A stretch of 64,000 nucleotides of DNA. It comes from Clostridia bacterium (GTDB lineage Bacteria; Bacillota; Clostridia; Oscillospirales; Acutalibacteraceae). Location of the stretch: NCBI GenBank assembly GCA_017407705.1, contig JAFQWA010000029.1, positions 1,628 to 65,627 of the forward strand, in the 5' to 3' direction. Shown in pieces: positions 37,181 to 45,872 of this stretch. Below the pieces are notes generated by a model. The model searched no databases. It was not told the origin of the DNA and saw nothing but the letters and a program-made list of their open reading frames with translations. Numbering within the stretch: the stretch's first letter is position 1; every line of letters begins with the position of its first letter. The position numbers and the translations under genes are program-made.

Positions 37181-38113
37181 TTATCCAACCAAGCCGCTTC
37201 GTGAAATACTCTCAACGAAGAATCTCTGAGTGAATACATACAGCACGATAAGAGGTGCTATGATCATCATAATAGCGGCATTTTTGATCAAAGAGATGTT
37301 CAGGTCAACTGAACTTGTAATTCCTGTACCAACAGTACTGTCCAAAGAACCGATCTTTGTGGATATCAGGTTTACCTCTCTCATAAAGACGGTGGTGTAG
37401 GATGAATCCAACCACTGCCAAACAAAGGAGAACAGGAAAACTGTAACCATCATAGAAACCGCACCCGGCAACATGATAGACACAAAGGTCTTTGCGGGGC
37501 CGGCGCCGTCAACGTAGGCAGCTTCTTCAAGCTCCTTAGGCATTCCTCTGAAGAACTGACGCATAAGGAATATGTAAAGGCTACACTTAAGACCCGTACA
37601 AGTTGCTGCGAAGCACAGCATAGACAAGGGACTGTCGTTGATCTGGTCAAGTGATCTGAACATACTGTATCTGTGGGTGAACAACAGATCCGGCGGGAGC
37701 AGCAATGCAAGAATAACAAGGAAGAATAATATCTTTCCGCCTTTGAATCTGAATCTTGCCAAGCCGTAGCCTACCAAGGTTGCTGTTGCAACCTGCAGAA
37801 TAGATGTTGAGAAGGTCAGCAGGAATGTGTTTGAGAATGTCTGGAATCCACCAAGCTTCATCCAAGCAGTTTGGTAGTTGCCGAAAATGATCTGCTTAGG
37901 AATGTATTTAACTGTTGCGTCGTACATATCGTCAGAGGTCATGAAAGACAGTGACAACTGTGAGAACAACGGGTACAGTATAACAAAGCACATACCTAAG
38001 ATAAACAACCAACGGACAGCGGATACAACATACTTAAAAACATACTTTTTGATCTTAACGTTTTTCGCTCTACGTTTTATCTCATCTACTTGAATTTGAG
38101 TTAATTCGCTCAT
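37181..38113 (-). CDS. Carbohydrate ABC transporter permease (MalG/LplC-like)
   Basis: Six TM segments and the EAA loop EEAAYVDGAGPAKTFVSIMLP. Confidence 0.9.
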   Translation of the reverse strand: MSELTQIQVDEIKRRAKNVKIKKYVFKYVVSAVRWLFILGMCFVILYPLFSQLSLSFMTSDDMYDATVKYIPKQIIFGNYQTAWMKLGGFQTFSNTFLLTFSTSILQVATATLVGYGLARFRFKGGKILFFLVILALLLPPDLLFTHRYSMFRSLDQINDSPLSMLCFAATCTGLKCSLYIFLMRQFFRGMPKELEEAAYVDGAGPAKTFVSIMLPGAVSMMVTVFLFSFVWQWLDSSYTTVFMREVNLISTKIGSLDSTVGTGITSSVDLNISLIKNAAIMMIIAPLIVLYVFTQRFFVESISRSGLVG

Positions 38114-38127
38114 TGTATCTGCCCTCC

Positions 38128-39084
38128 TTAATCCTGATAGAATACTACTTTAGAAAGTACTGCAAAAACTATTCCCAAAATCGCAAGGATTATCAGTGAG
38201 TAGCTTACCGCCATAGCAGCACCTACATCGTAAGTACCACCGATGATAGTCTGGTGGATGTTACGTATAACTGCGTTTACATTACTTGTAAAGGAGTCAA
38301 CAACTGTGTAAACAACTGACAACAAGATCAGCGGGCTTACCATAGGAAGACTGATCTTCCAGAAAACTTCCCATTTAGTTGCACCTTCAATGTATGACGC
38401 CTCATAAATAGAGGGAGAAATACTCTGAAGACCTGCAAGGAAGATAACGATTGAAACCGCACCCATAGTGGTGATTTCACTGATTCTGCCAACCGCACCA
38501 ATAAGGAACTCGATCAGTCTTACCGGCAGGTCCATCTGCATAAGCATCATTTCGAAAGCACCTGTGATCTCGAAGGAGCTGTCAGCGGTAGAAGCAAATC
38601 TGTCACCTGCACCAATCAGCTGTGCTGCAAGGTCGTTCTGTGTCAATGAAATGATAACACCTGATGAAATGATAACCGGCAGGAACATTACAGAACGGGC
38701 AAAACCACGTCCCATAAATTTAGTGTTAAGCACACTGGCCATAAAGAAGGAGAAGATAACAACAACCGGAACGTTAATAGCCATATCTCCCAATGAAGCC
38801 AATATCTGTTTACGGAAGTTCGGGTCAACGTTGAAAATCTCGTTGTAGTTATCTAAGCCGAAGCTTCCGTCAACACAGATAAGACCTTTACCTACTTCAG
38901 GTGAAAGCTCAACCTTGTGGAATGAATAAATAACAGAATATACCAGGGGGATCAATATGAAAATGATCGCACCGACGATAAACGGTGAAGTAAAGATGTA
39001 ACCGTACTTCTTCTGCTTGGATTCCAGTGAGCGCTTACGTCGTCTTATGTTTTTAGGGGTTAATTGATTTGTATTAGTTGCCAA
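38128..39084 (-). CDS. Sugar ABC transporter permease (MalF/LplB-like)
   Basis: EAA loop YEASYIEGATKWEVFWKISLP. TTG start with GGAAAGGTGG 8 nt upstream. Starts 3 nt after the upstream gene stop. Confidence 0.9.
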   Translation of the reverse strand: MATNTNQLTPKNIRRRKRSLESKQKKYGYIFTSPFIVGAIIFILIPLVYSVIYSFHKVELSPEVGKGLICVDGSFGLDNYNEIFNVDPNFRKQILASLGDMAINVPVVVIFSFFMASVLNTKFMGRGFARSVMFLPVIISSGVIISLTQNDLAAQLIGAGDRFASTADSSFEITGAFEMMLMQMDLPVRLIEFLIGAVGRISEITTMGAVSIVIFLAGLQSISPSIYEASYIEGATKWEVFWKISLPMVSPLILLSVVYTVVDSFTSNVNAVIRNIHQTIIGGTYDVGAAMAVSYSLIILAILGIVFAVLSKVVFYQD

Positions 39085-39087
39085 CGT

Positions 39088-41724
39088 TTACGCCACCTTT
39101 CCTGCATAGTAATCTTTTGCTTTTACGGTAATTCCGTTAGCAGTGTAATCCTTATCGTTGTAGTTAACGATGGTGTAATGACCGTTCTTATATGTGGTCT
39201 TGAACACGCCGTCAACTAATCTTTCGTGATTAACGATCTGCTGACCGTAAGTATCCTTCAAAGCGCCTGAAACATAGTTATATGATTCCATAACGCTGTC
39301 TTCGATCTCACTGTAAACAGTGGAGTAGAAGATCTTGCTGGGAGTTTCGGATATTTTCTCATATCCCTGACCGGTAAGGGTGAAGTAAGCACCTGAACCA
39401 GCCTCGATAAGCTTCAGCAAGTCATTTCTGTCGCTGTTGCTTAAGTTAATGGGTTTGTATGTGTAATCAACGTTACCGCTGAGTACCATAGCTGTAAAGG
39501 GAACGCTGTAATCGCACTTATCAAGTCCTGCTGACTGGATAGGCATATTGTTGATAACGCTCATATATTTTACGAAAGGAGCATTACCGCCGGTTCCCAT
39601 AATCTTGTAACCGTCTTTAGTAGCACCGTCAACCAGCTTTAACAAGCTCTTCATAGTATCCTGACGCTCTAAGAAATCTTTTCTGTCGTTATAGTTAGCG
39701 TTGATGTTGTCGCCCATAGAACGCAGAGAGATGTTCTTAAGCTCATACTCTTTATAGTTCTCAAAGAAGCCTGTGAAGTTTCTGGTAATAGCGTTCATAG
39801 AAAGGATATGCTTGCTGAAATCAGCAGTCTGAGCAAAGGTTACCGCACTGTATGAGTAGATAGCACCCTTTTGTCTGTTAAGCATATAAGCAGTATCCGC
39901 ATTGGATATTTTGCTTTCTTCTTCTCTGTAAACGTGCTGAATATCAACATCGGGATACAGACCTATGTTAGCGCTGTTAAGGTTAGAGATCAATGTCTTC
40001 AAGCCGTCAGTACCGCCTAACTGCTTCATAACCTTGATCTTATCGGCATAACCGTGCTCATAACCACCGTTAAACCAACCGGTCAGCTTAATGTTAAAAT
40101 TCTTCATACCGTTGTTCTGAAGATCTTTTGCAATAGTCTCAACCTGGTTGAAATCGGTGAGAGTTTCTTTAGTGTTATAGCTGATACCCATAAAGTTACC
40201 GTAACCGTTGATAACGCCTATCATTTCAACTGTTGAGTAATAGGGTTTGGTTTCGGAGTTGTTAACATCACCAAACAGGTAGCTTCTATAATACTTAGCC
40301 ATACCTGCATACTCAGAATCCTCACCGGTCAAGAACTTATATCTAACCTTAAGGTCGCCTAAGTATCTCTGGTACTGGTAGATAGCATATTGCTCGTTAG
40401 ACTTTCCGCTCTTACTGAAGGATCTCATTCTTGATTCTTCGTTGATACGGAACTCAATCCAAGCCTTGTTAGTGGAAATTCCGTTACCGGGATGTGCTTC
40501 AACACCTGAGAAGGTCTCACCTTCCTCGATGATAGCCAGAACACCGTTTTTAACCTGAGGAGTGGTTTCAACGGGAGCCTCTACGGGGATCTCGTTGCCT
40601 TCCTCATCATACTCAGGTTCGGGCTGAGGCAGGGGTGTTGACTGTACACAAGCACCCAGTATGGGGAATACTGCATCATTAAAGTTTGCAGTTTTTGAGA
40701 TAACAGTACGTGACTCGTCAATACCGTAGATCGGGATATAAACGGGCTCGTTACGCAAATCGTCTTTCTTATTGTCAAAGTTCATAACTGAACCTGAACC
40801 GTCGGGCAGTAAGTAGTAGCCCTTAGTGCCGGGATCAAATGTCATAAAGTTCTCGTGGAGAGTGATGTTCTTTATAACAAAGTTTTTGGAGTGGTAGATC
40901 TCGGTTTCGGGAATTCTTACAGACAAGGAACCGTTTTCCAGAGTGTAGTAAATATTGATTGCAAATTCCGGACGCTCAGTATCGGTAAGAACAACGCCTT
41001 TGTTATCACGTGCCAACTCTTCATCAGTGTATCCTGCACGGGCAAACAGCTCGTTCATCTGGATAACCTGATTGTCGTTAAAGGAGGAACGGGGATAATA
41101 CCAAGGCTCCTGCAATGCCAAGGGGAACTTCTGCTCATTTTCCTCCTTATTAACAGCATTTCTGAAAGCATCACTGTCAAAGTCGATAAGCATATAGTTT
41201 GCATCGAACAATGCCTGATCCTCGGGAGTCATACGGGTTTTAATCTCATCAGCTCGTTTTTGTGAAATAGCTCTGGGGTATTTGATTTTGAAATCAACGT
41301 AACCAACGCCGTACTCAACTTTAATACCGTTTTCTATATCAGTAACTCTGAACTGACCCTTTTTGATAGACTCTTCAACGCTGGTCATAGTTTTTAATGT
41401 ACCTGCGTTGTTGCTGTATGCTAAGGTGAATATCTGTCCACGCTCAGGAGAGTATCCGTCAACGGGAACGTACTCGGTGGACCACTCATAGCCTGTGGAT
41501 TTAACTTTTACTTTAATATCGGTAGTAAGATCGTTATAAAGTAAAACCAAATCACCGTTTTCAGCTACCTGACGATAGGAATCGCTGTCTAAGTTATATT
41601 CGCTGGTGTTAACACCGGGAATATTGGTAGGTCTTTCGGGATTTTGACTCTTAACGGCGCCGCAAGAGGTTAATGTAACCATCAGCATAGCCACAAGGGA
41701 CAGAATCGCAATTATTTTTTTCAT
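39088..41724 (-). CDS. Large lipoprotein, DUF5696-like (uncharacterised; possible glycan-processing enzyme)
   Basis: Lipobox VTLTSCG. 878 aa. The internal motif YYLLPDGSGSVMNF and the overall size and context match what I recall of DUF5696 proteins. ATG 41724 has AGGGGGAG 8 nt upstream; the track start 41730 is a TTG. Confidence 0.55.
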   Translation of the reverse strand: MKKIIAILSLVAMLMVTLTSCGAVKSQNPERPTNIPGVNTSEYNLDSDSYRQVAENGDLVLLYNDLTTDIKVKVKSTGYEWSTEYVPVDGYSPERGQIFTLAYSNNAGTLKTMTSVEESIKKGQFRVTDIENGIKVEYGVGYVDFKIKYPRAISQKRADEIKTRMTPEDQALFDANYMLIDFDSDAFRNAVNKEENEQKFPLALQEPWYYPRSSFNDNQVIQMNELFARAGYTDEELARDNKGVVLTDTERPEFAINIYYTLENGSLSVRIPETEIYHSKNFVIKNITLHENFMTFDPGTKGYYLLPDGSGSVMNFDNKKDDLRNEPVYIPIYGIDESRTVISKTANFNDAVFPILGACVQSTPLPQPEPEYDEEGNEIPVEAPVETTPQVKNGVLAIIEEGETFSGVEAHPGNGISTNKAWIEFRINEESRMRSFSKSGKSNEQYAIYQYQRYLGDLKVRYKFLTGEDSEYAGMAKYYRSYLFGDVNNSETKPYYSTVEMIGVINGYGNFMGISYNTKETLTDFNQVETIAKDLQNNGMKNFNIKLTGWFNGGYEHGYADKIKVMKQLGGTDGLKTLISNLNSANIGLYPDVDIQHVYREEESKISNADTAYMLNRQKGAIYSYSAVTFAQTADFSKHILSMNAITRNFTGFFENYKEYELKNISLRSMGDNINANYNDRKDFLERQDTMKSLLKLVDGATKDGYKIMGTGGNAPFVKYMSVINNMPIQSAGLDKCDYSVPFTAMVLSGNVDYTYKPINLSNSDRNDLLKLIEAGSGAYFTLTGQGYEKISETPSKIFYSTVYSEIEDSVMESYNYVSGALKDTYGQQIVNHERLVDGVFKTTYKNGHYTIVNYNDKDYTANGITVKAKDYYAGKVA

Positions 41725-41741
41725 ATTCAATTCTCCCCCTT

Positions 41742-43967
41742 TTAAGATCGTGTGGCGACTTCGTTAATAATATCCAGTACGAAGCTATACATCTGCTGTA
41801 ACAATGCGAAGAACAAAACAGCAAGGAACACTACTATAAGCATTACAACTACTGTTATAAGCATTTCTACGATTGTCATTCCCAGTGAGTAGTCGTGGAT
41901 CCGCATATTACCCGCCACGATCAGCATCAATACCCACAGCAATGCAATAGTTACGAAAACTGTATAGAAGTCACCTTCTTCTTTAACCATAACGTTGCTG
42001 AATATCAAGGCTATGGGATAAAGAATGATGATAGGTGTCAAAGCGTAAGATGTTGCGATGTAGATGGATTTGAAGTTACCTTCACCGTTAAGCAGTGAGG
42101 TTACGCACCAGTTACATACACAGAACAACAGTGCAGGTCCGATAATCTTGAGCAACTCAAGGAATACGTTGGTTTTATCTGCCTCAGGTGAGAAGATAAA
42201 GCCTGTAAATCTTGTTTGCAGCAAGCTTACAACTGCAGCTGCCAACAAAATGGTTGTGGCGGTTGCCACGCTGCTGTGATTTTCACGGGTAAGTGCCCAA
42301 TATCCGTTAAGGGGTCGGAATATAACCTTCTTAGCATATCCCAACTTGCCCAGATATGAGTCAGACTTGATAGGAGGCAGATACTTTTTACCAAGCTTGC
42401 TGCCAACTATTATAAGAACGATCAAAATAGCTGCAACGATAATAGCTATATCAAAGTACTTACTGATGATATCTCTACGATCATACTTATAAGCCTTTGA
42501 GAAGTTAAGAGTATCTTTAGTTTCTTTAAAGTACTTCATAGCAGTCTTGTAGTCGCCGTTACGGTAAGCAACCTTACCAAGACTCTGCTTTGCTGCAGCA
42601 CTGTTGCTGTTGAATTTCAGTACCTCTTTCCAAACCTCATTCTCTTCATCGTACTTATTCTCGTGATGCAGCTTGGTAGCTTTCATAATAAGCTCGCCGT
42701 AATCAGTCAGCTTAAATACGTTGATAGTTTTAAGGTCGCTGTCCAAAACCAAGCACTGACCGTCTAACCACTCGATAGATCTGGGCATTTTTAAAGTACC
42801 TGAAATATAGCTGATGTGGTTGGGGTCACTGTTGTCGGGAGGACAACCAAACTGGAACAGGTTGATACCTTCTGAGTTGTAAAAGAATACTTTGTTACGG
42901 TTACCGTCAAGTATTGCATACATTTCGTTATCCATAGCGATAACATCGTAAAGCAGTGACGGACCTTTGTATGCACCAACCAGAACGTTGATAACGTCAC
43001 CGTAGGGCTTAGCACCGTCGGTAACTCTCTTAAGAACGTCCTTACCTTTAGCACTGAGCTTTCTCAAAGCGTCGGTAGAGGTCATAGCATACTCACTGTC
43101 GGGCAGTGAAGTAACATACAAGAAATCGTCATTATCAATGTCGATATTGTTGTACTCGGTAGGAACGAAGTTCTGCATTCCCTTTCTTTGCTCTTCGGTT
43201 GAGAACATACGCCAGATCAACTCAACGATGTTGGGAGTAACCTTGGGAGCGCCCAAGCACTGCATAAACTCGCCTTTTTTATTAAGCTCGATAACACCCA
43301 TATTGAAGCCTTTGGAAAGAATAAAGATTCTTCCTGCGCCGTCAACGGTTATCTTGGTAGGTACGAAGTAGAAGTCTTCCGGCAAAACGGGAGATTCGAT
43401 CTGACAAATGGTACGTACAAACTTACCGGTTTTATCAAACTGAACCACACGGCCTGCGATATTGTCAGACTCATCAAGATCGTGAGCTGCAAGGTATTCC
43501 AGAACTGAAGCATCACAGTTAGTGGCGGTAAGACCGTAGGTATCGCAAACGTAGAGGTTGCCCTCTCTATCTACGAATGTACCTTCGGGCTTGAAGAATG
43601 TATCTTCGATCTCGGTTTTATTTCCGTCTTTATCAACGATAACGTTAGTGAATTTATCAATAACTCTATTAAATGTAAAGTCGGAGTTTAAAACAACGAT
43701 TCTGTGGTTATATGTGTCGGATACATAAATAAGGTTATCAGGACTTAAATATATATCCTGAGGATCGTAAAGTCTGCCAACGGGGTTGCCCTCGGCATCC
43801 AGAACCTCCTCTAAGTCTATGCTTTTATCAAAGATCATAGCATCGGGAGCGGGATAATCGTTTCCGTTGCTGTCGTAAACATAAGACTGATAGGGTGAAG
43901 CCGCGCTTACAGCTGTTTGAAATATAAACAAAACGGCTATTAAACAAACAATTATTTTACGTTTCAA
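41742..43967 (-). CDS. Signal peptide, NHL-repeat-like beta-propeller, TPR-like helix pair, TM segment and a C-terminal Yip1-family multi-pass membrane domain
   Basis: Signal peptide ...QTAVSA/AS. NHL-like blades (LIYVSDTYNHRIVVLN, NLYVCDTYG, RIFILSKGFN, MYAILDGNRNKVFFYN). TPR-like GKVAYRNGDYKTAMKYFKE. C-terminal five hydrophobic segments with a Yip1-like layout. TTG start with AAGGGAGGGAG upstream. Confidence 0.65.
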   Translation of the reverse strand: MKRKIIVCLIAVLFIFQTAVSAASPYQSYVYDSNGNDYPAPDAMIFDKSIDLEEVLDAEGNPVGRLYDPQDIYLSPDNLIYVSDTYNHRIVVLNSDFTFNRVIDKFTNVIVDKDGNKTEIEDTFFKPEGTFVDREGNLYVCDTYGLTATNCDASVLEYLAAHDLDESDNIAGRVVQFDKTGKFVRTICQIESPVLPEDFYFVPTKITVDGAGRIFILSKGFNMGVIELNKKGEFMQCLGAPKVTPNIVELIWRMFSTEEQRKGMQNFVPTEYNNIDIDNDDFLYVTSLPDSEYAMTSTDALRKLSAKGKDVLKRVTDGAKPYGDVINVLVGAYKGPSLLYDVIAMDNEMYAILDGNRNKVFFYNSEGINLFQFGCPPDNSDPNHISYISGTLKMPRSIEWLDGQCLVLDSDLKTINVFKLTDYGELIMKATKLHHENKYDEENEVWKEVLKFNSNSAAAKQSLGKVAYRNGDYKTAMKYFKETKDTLNFSKAYKYDRRDIISKYFDIAIIVAAILIVLIIVGSKLGKKYLPPIKSDSYLGKLGYAKKVIFRPLNGYWALTRENHSSVATATTILLAAAVVSLLQTRFTGFIFSPEADKTNVFLELLKIIGPALLFCVCNWCVTSLLNGEGNFKSIYIATSYALTPIIILYPIALIFSNVMVKEEGDFYTVFVTIALLWVLMLIVAGNMRIHDYSLGMTIVEMLITVVVMLIVVFLAVLFFALLQQMYSFVLDIINEVATRS

Positions 43968-43984
43968 ATGGCTCCCTCCCTTTC

Positions 43985-44887
43985 TTAATCCTTAAGTCCT
44001 GACGATGCCATGGTGTCAAGAATCTGAGTTTGTGAGAAAATGAAAACTGATAACGGCGGAATGAGCATAATCAAACCAACCGCAGCACCTGCACCTGCAC
44101 GAGCAAGACCACCTGTAACGATCTGACCAAGTGCGTAGGTCAAGGGCTTTTTAGCCTCAGTGAAGATAACTGTGCTACCTGATGCACCCCACATACTCTG
44201 AACTGAGAACAGTATCATGGTCATCCAAGCGGGTTTTACCAGCGGCATTACGATACCGGTGAAAATCCTGAGCTCTGAAGCGCCGTCAATACGGGCAGCT
44301 TCCAGCAGCGCATTAGGAATAGATGATGTCATAAACTGCTTCATAAGGTAAAGACCCATTGAACCGCCTATGTAAGGAATGATCAAAGCATAATATGTAT
44401 CAACCATACCTAACTTGGACATAATAATGTAGTTGGGAATACCTGTAACAGCAGGGGTAAACATAAGTGAAAGAACGATTACTTTAAACATAACCTTTCT
44501 TCCGGGGAATTCACGTTTTTCAAGAACGTAAGCCGCCAGTGATGCAAAGATGATGTGGAAGAAGGTTGCAACAACTGTCATAAACACAGTATTGAATATG
44601 TATCTTGAGAAAGGCACCCATGACTGGCTCATCAAAACGCCGATGTTCTGGAAGTTTTCCAGAGTTGGGTTTCTAACGAAGAAACGAGGCGGGAAGATGA
44701 ACAACTCATCCAAGGGTTTAAATGCGTTACATACTGTATAAACCAGCGGCAACACCATAAAAACGCCAACTGCACAAAGGAACAGGAAGTTTGTAATATT
44801 ACCTGCTCTGGAACGTGCGGGACCGGGATTAAATTTTTTCTTGGAAACCTTAAGTTTGCTAACGTCAACTTGTCTTGTTGCTTCCAT
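43985..44887 (-). CDS. Carbohydrate ABC transporter permease (MalG-like)
   Basis: EAA loop LEAARIDGASELRIFTGIVMP. ATG 44887 (AGGTGG 9 nt upstream) lies 1 nt after the upstream stop; the track start is 44929. Confidence 0.9.
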   Translation of the reverse strand: MEATRQVDVSKLKVSKKKFNPGPARSRAGNITNFLFLCAVGVFMVLPLVYTVCNAFKPLDELFIFPPRFFVRNPTLENFQNIGVLMSQSWVPFSRYIFNTVFMTVVATFFHIIFASLAAYVLEKREFPGRKVMFKVIVLSLMFTPAVTGIPNYIIMSKLGMVDTYYALIIPYIGGSMGLYLMKQFMTSSIPNALLEAARIDGASELRIFTGIVMPLVKPAWMTMILFSVQSMWGASGSTVIFTEAKKPLTYALGQIVTGGLARAGAGAAVGLIMLIPPLSVFIFSQTQILDTMASSGLKD

Positions 44888-44888
44888 A

Positions 44889-45824
44889 TTACTGTCCCAC
44901 CTTTCCGAGTATTCTCTGGATGATCTCATTTACGCCAACCATTGTTACGAACAGCAAGGTAGCGATAGCACAAGCATAACCCATTTCAAAACGTGTTGTA
45001 CCGTAGTCACCCAAGTGGTTAAGAATAGTATGGGCAGCATAGTCGGTGCTGGGGAATCCGAAAAGTGTGGTTGTAACGTCACCTACGGTAAATGCAGATG
45101 TAATACTCATAACCGCACTAAACATCATCTGGGGTCTCATAGAAGGCAGTGTGATGAACCACAGCTCCTGCCAACGGTTTCTGATACCCTCAACGTAGCC
45201 TGCTTCATACTGTGAACGGTCAATAGTTCTGAAACCTGCAACGTTAGAAAGGAATCCGGCACCAAGGCTCATCCATACCATAACGATTACGCATACCCAG
45301 ATCATCCAGTCGGTATTGGTTAAGAACTGTATAGGCTCTGTAAGAATACCAAGGTTGATAAGTGTACCGTTGATCCAACCGTAGGTATCACCGGAGAACA
45401 TAACCTTCCAGATCATATAAGCACCACCGGAAATAGACGGTGCATACATTATAGTAACCATAATAGCTCTGACGACAGGTGACAGCTCATTGATAAACCA
45501 AGCGAACATCAAAGCAGACAAGTAACCTACAGGTCCTGTGATGATAGCTATGATCAATGTGTTCTTAACAGCTGTTAAGAATATATCGTCGTTAGCGATA
45601 AGGTTTTTGTAGTTCTCAAGACCGATAAATTTCGGTAACTCGAGAACGTTAAAATATGTAAAGCTAAGAGCGATGGAAATAAGAACCGGCAACACGGTGA
45701 AGGTAAAGAATATCAATCCGTACGGTGCTATATAGAAATAGCAATCCCAGTTCTGTTTGAGCATCTTGAATCTTAACTTTTTATCTTGCAGCTTAATAGC
45801 TTTAGATTCAGCAGTAGCTTTCAT
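44889..45824 (-). CDS. Sugar ABC transporter permease (MalF-like)
   Basis: EAA loop YEAGYVEGIRNRWQELWFITLP. RBS GGAGG. Confidence 0.9.
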   Translation of the reverse strand: MKATAESKAIKLQDKKLRFKMLKQNWDCYFYIAPYGLIFFTFTVLPVLISIALSFTYFNVLELPKFIGLENYKNLIANDDIFLTAVKNTLIIAIITGPVGYLSALMFAWFINELSPVVRAIMVTIMYAPSISGGAYMIWKVMFSGDTYGWINGTLINLGILTEPIQFLTNTDWMIWVCVIVMVWMSLGAGFLSNVAGFRTIDRSQYEAGYVEGIRNRWQELWFITLPSMRPQMMFSAVMSITSAFTVGDVTTTLFGFPSTDYAAHTILNHLGDYGTTRFEMGYACAIATLLFVTMVGVNEIIQRILGKVGQ

Positions 45825-45838
45825 TATAACCTCCGTTC

Positions 45839-45854
45839 TGTGTTTTAAAACACA
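45839..45854. other. 16-nt perfect palindrome TGTGTTTTAAAACACA between the large binding-protein gene and the first permease gene
   Basis: Read directly. It could form a short intercistronic hairpin. Confidence 0.3.
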
Positions 45855-45872
45855 TATCCGTCAAAATAATCT

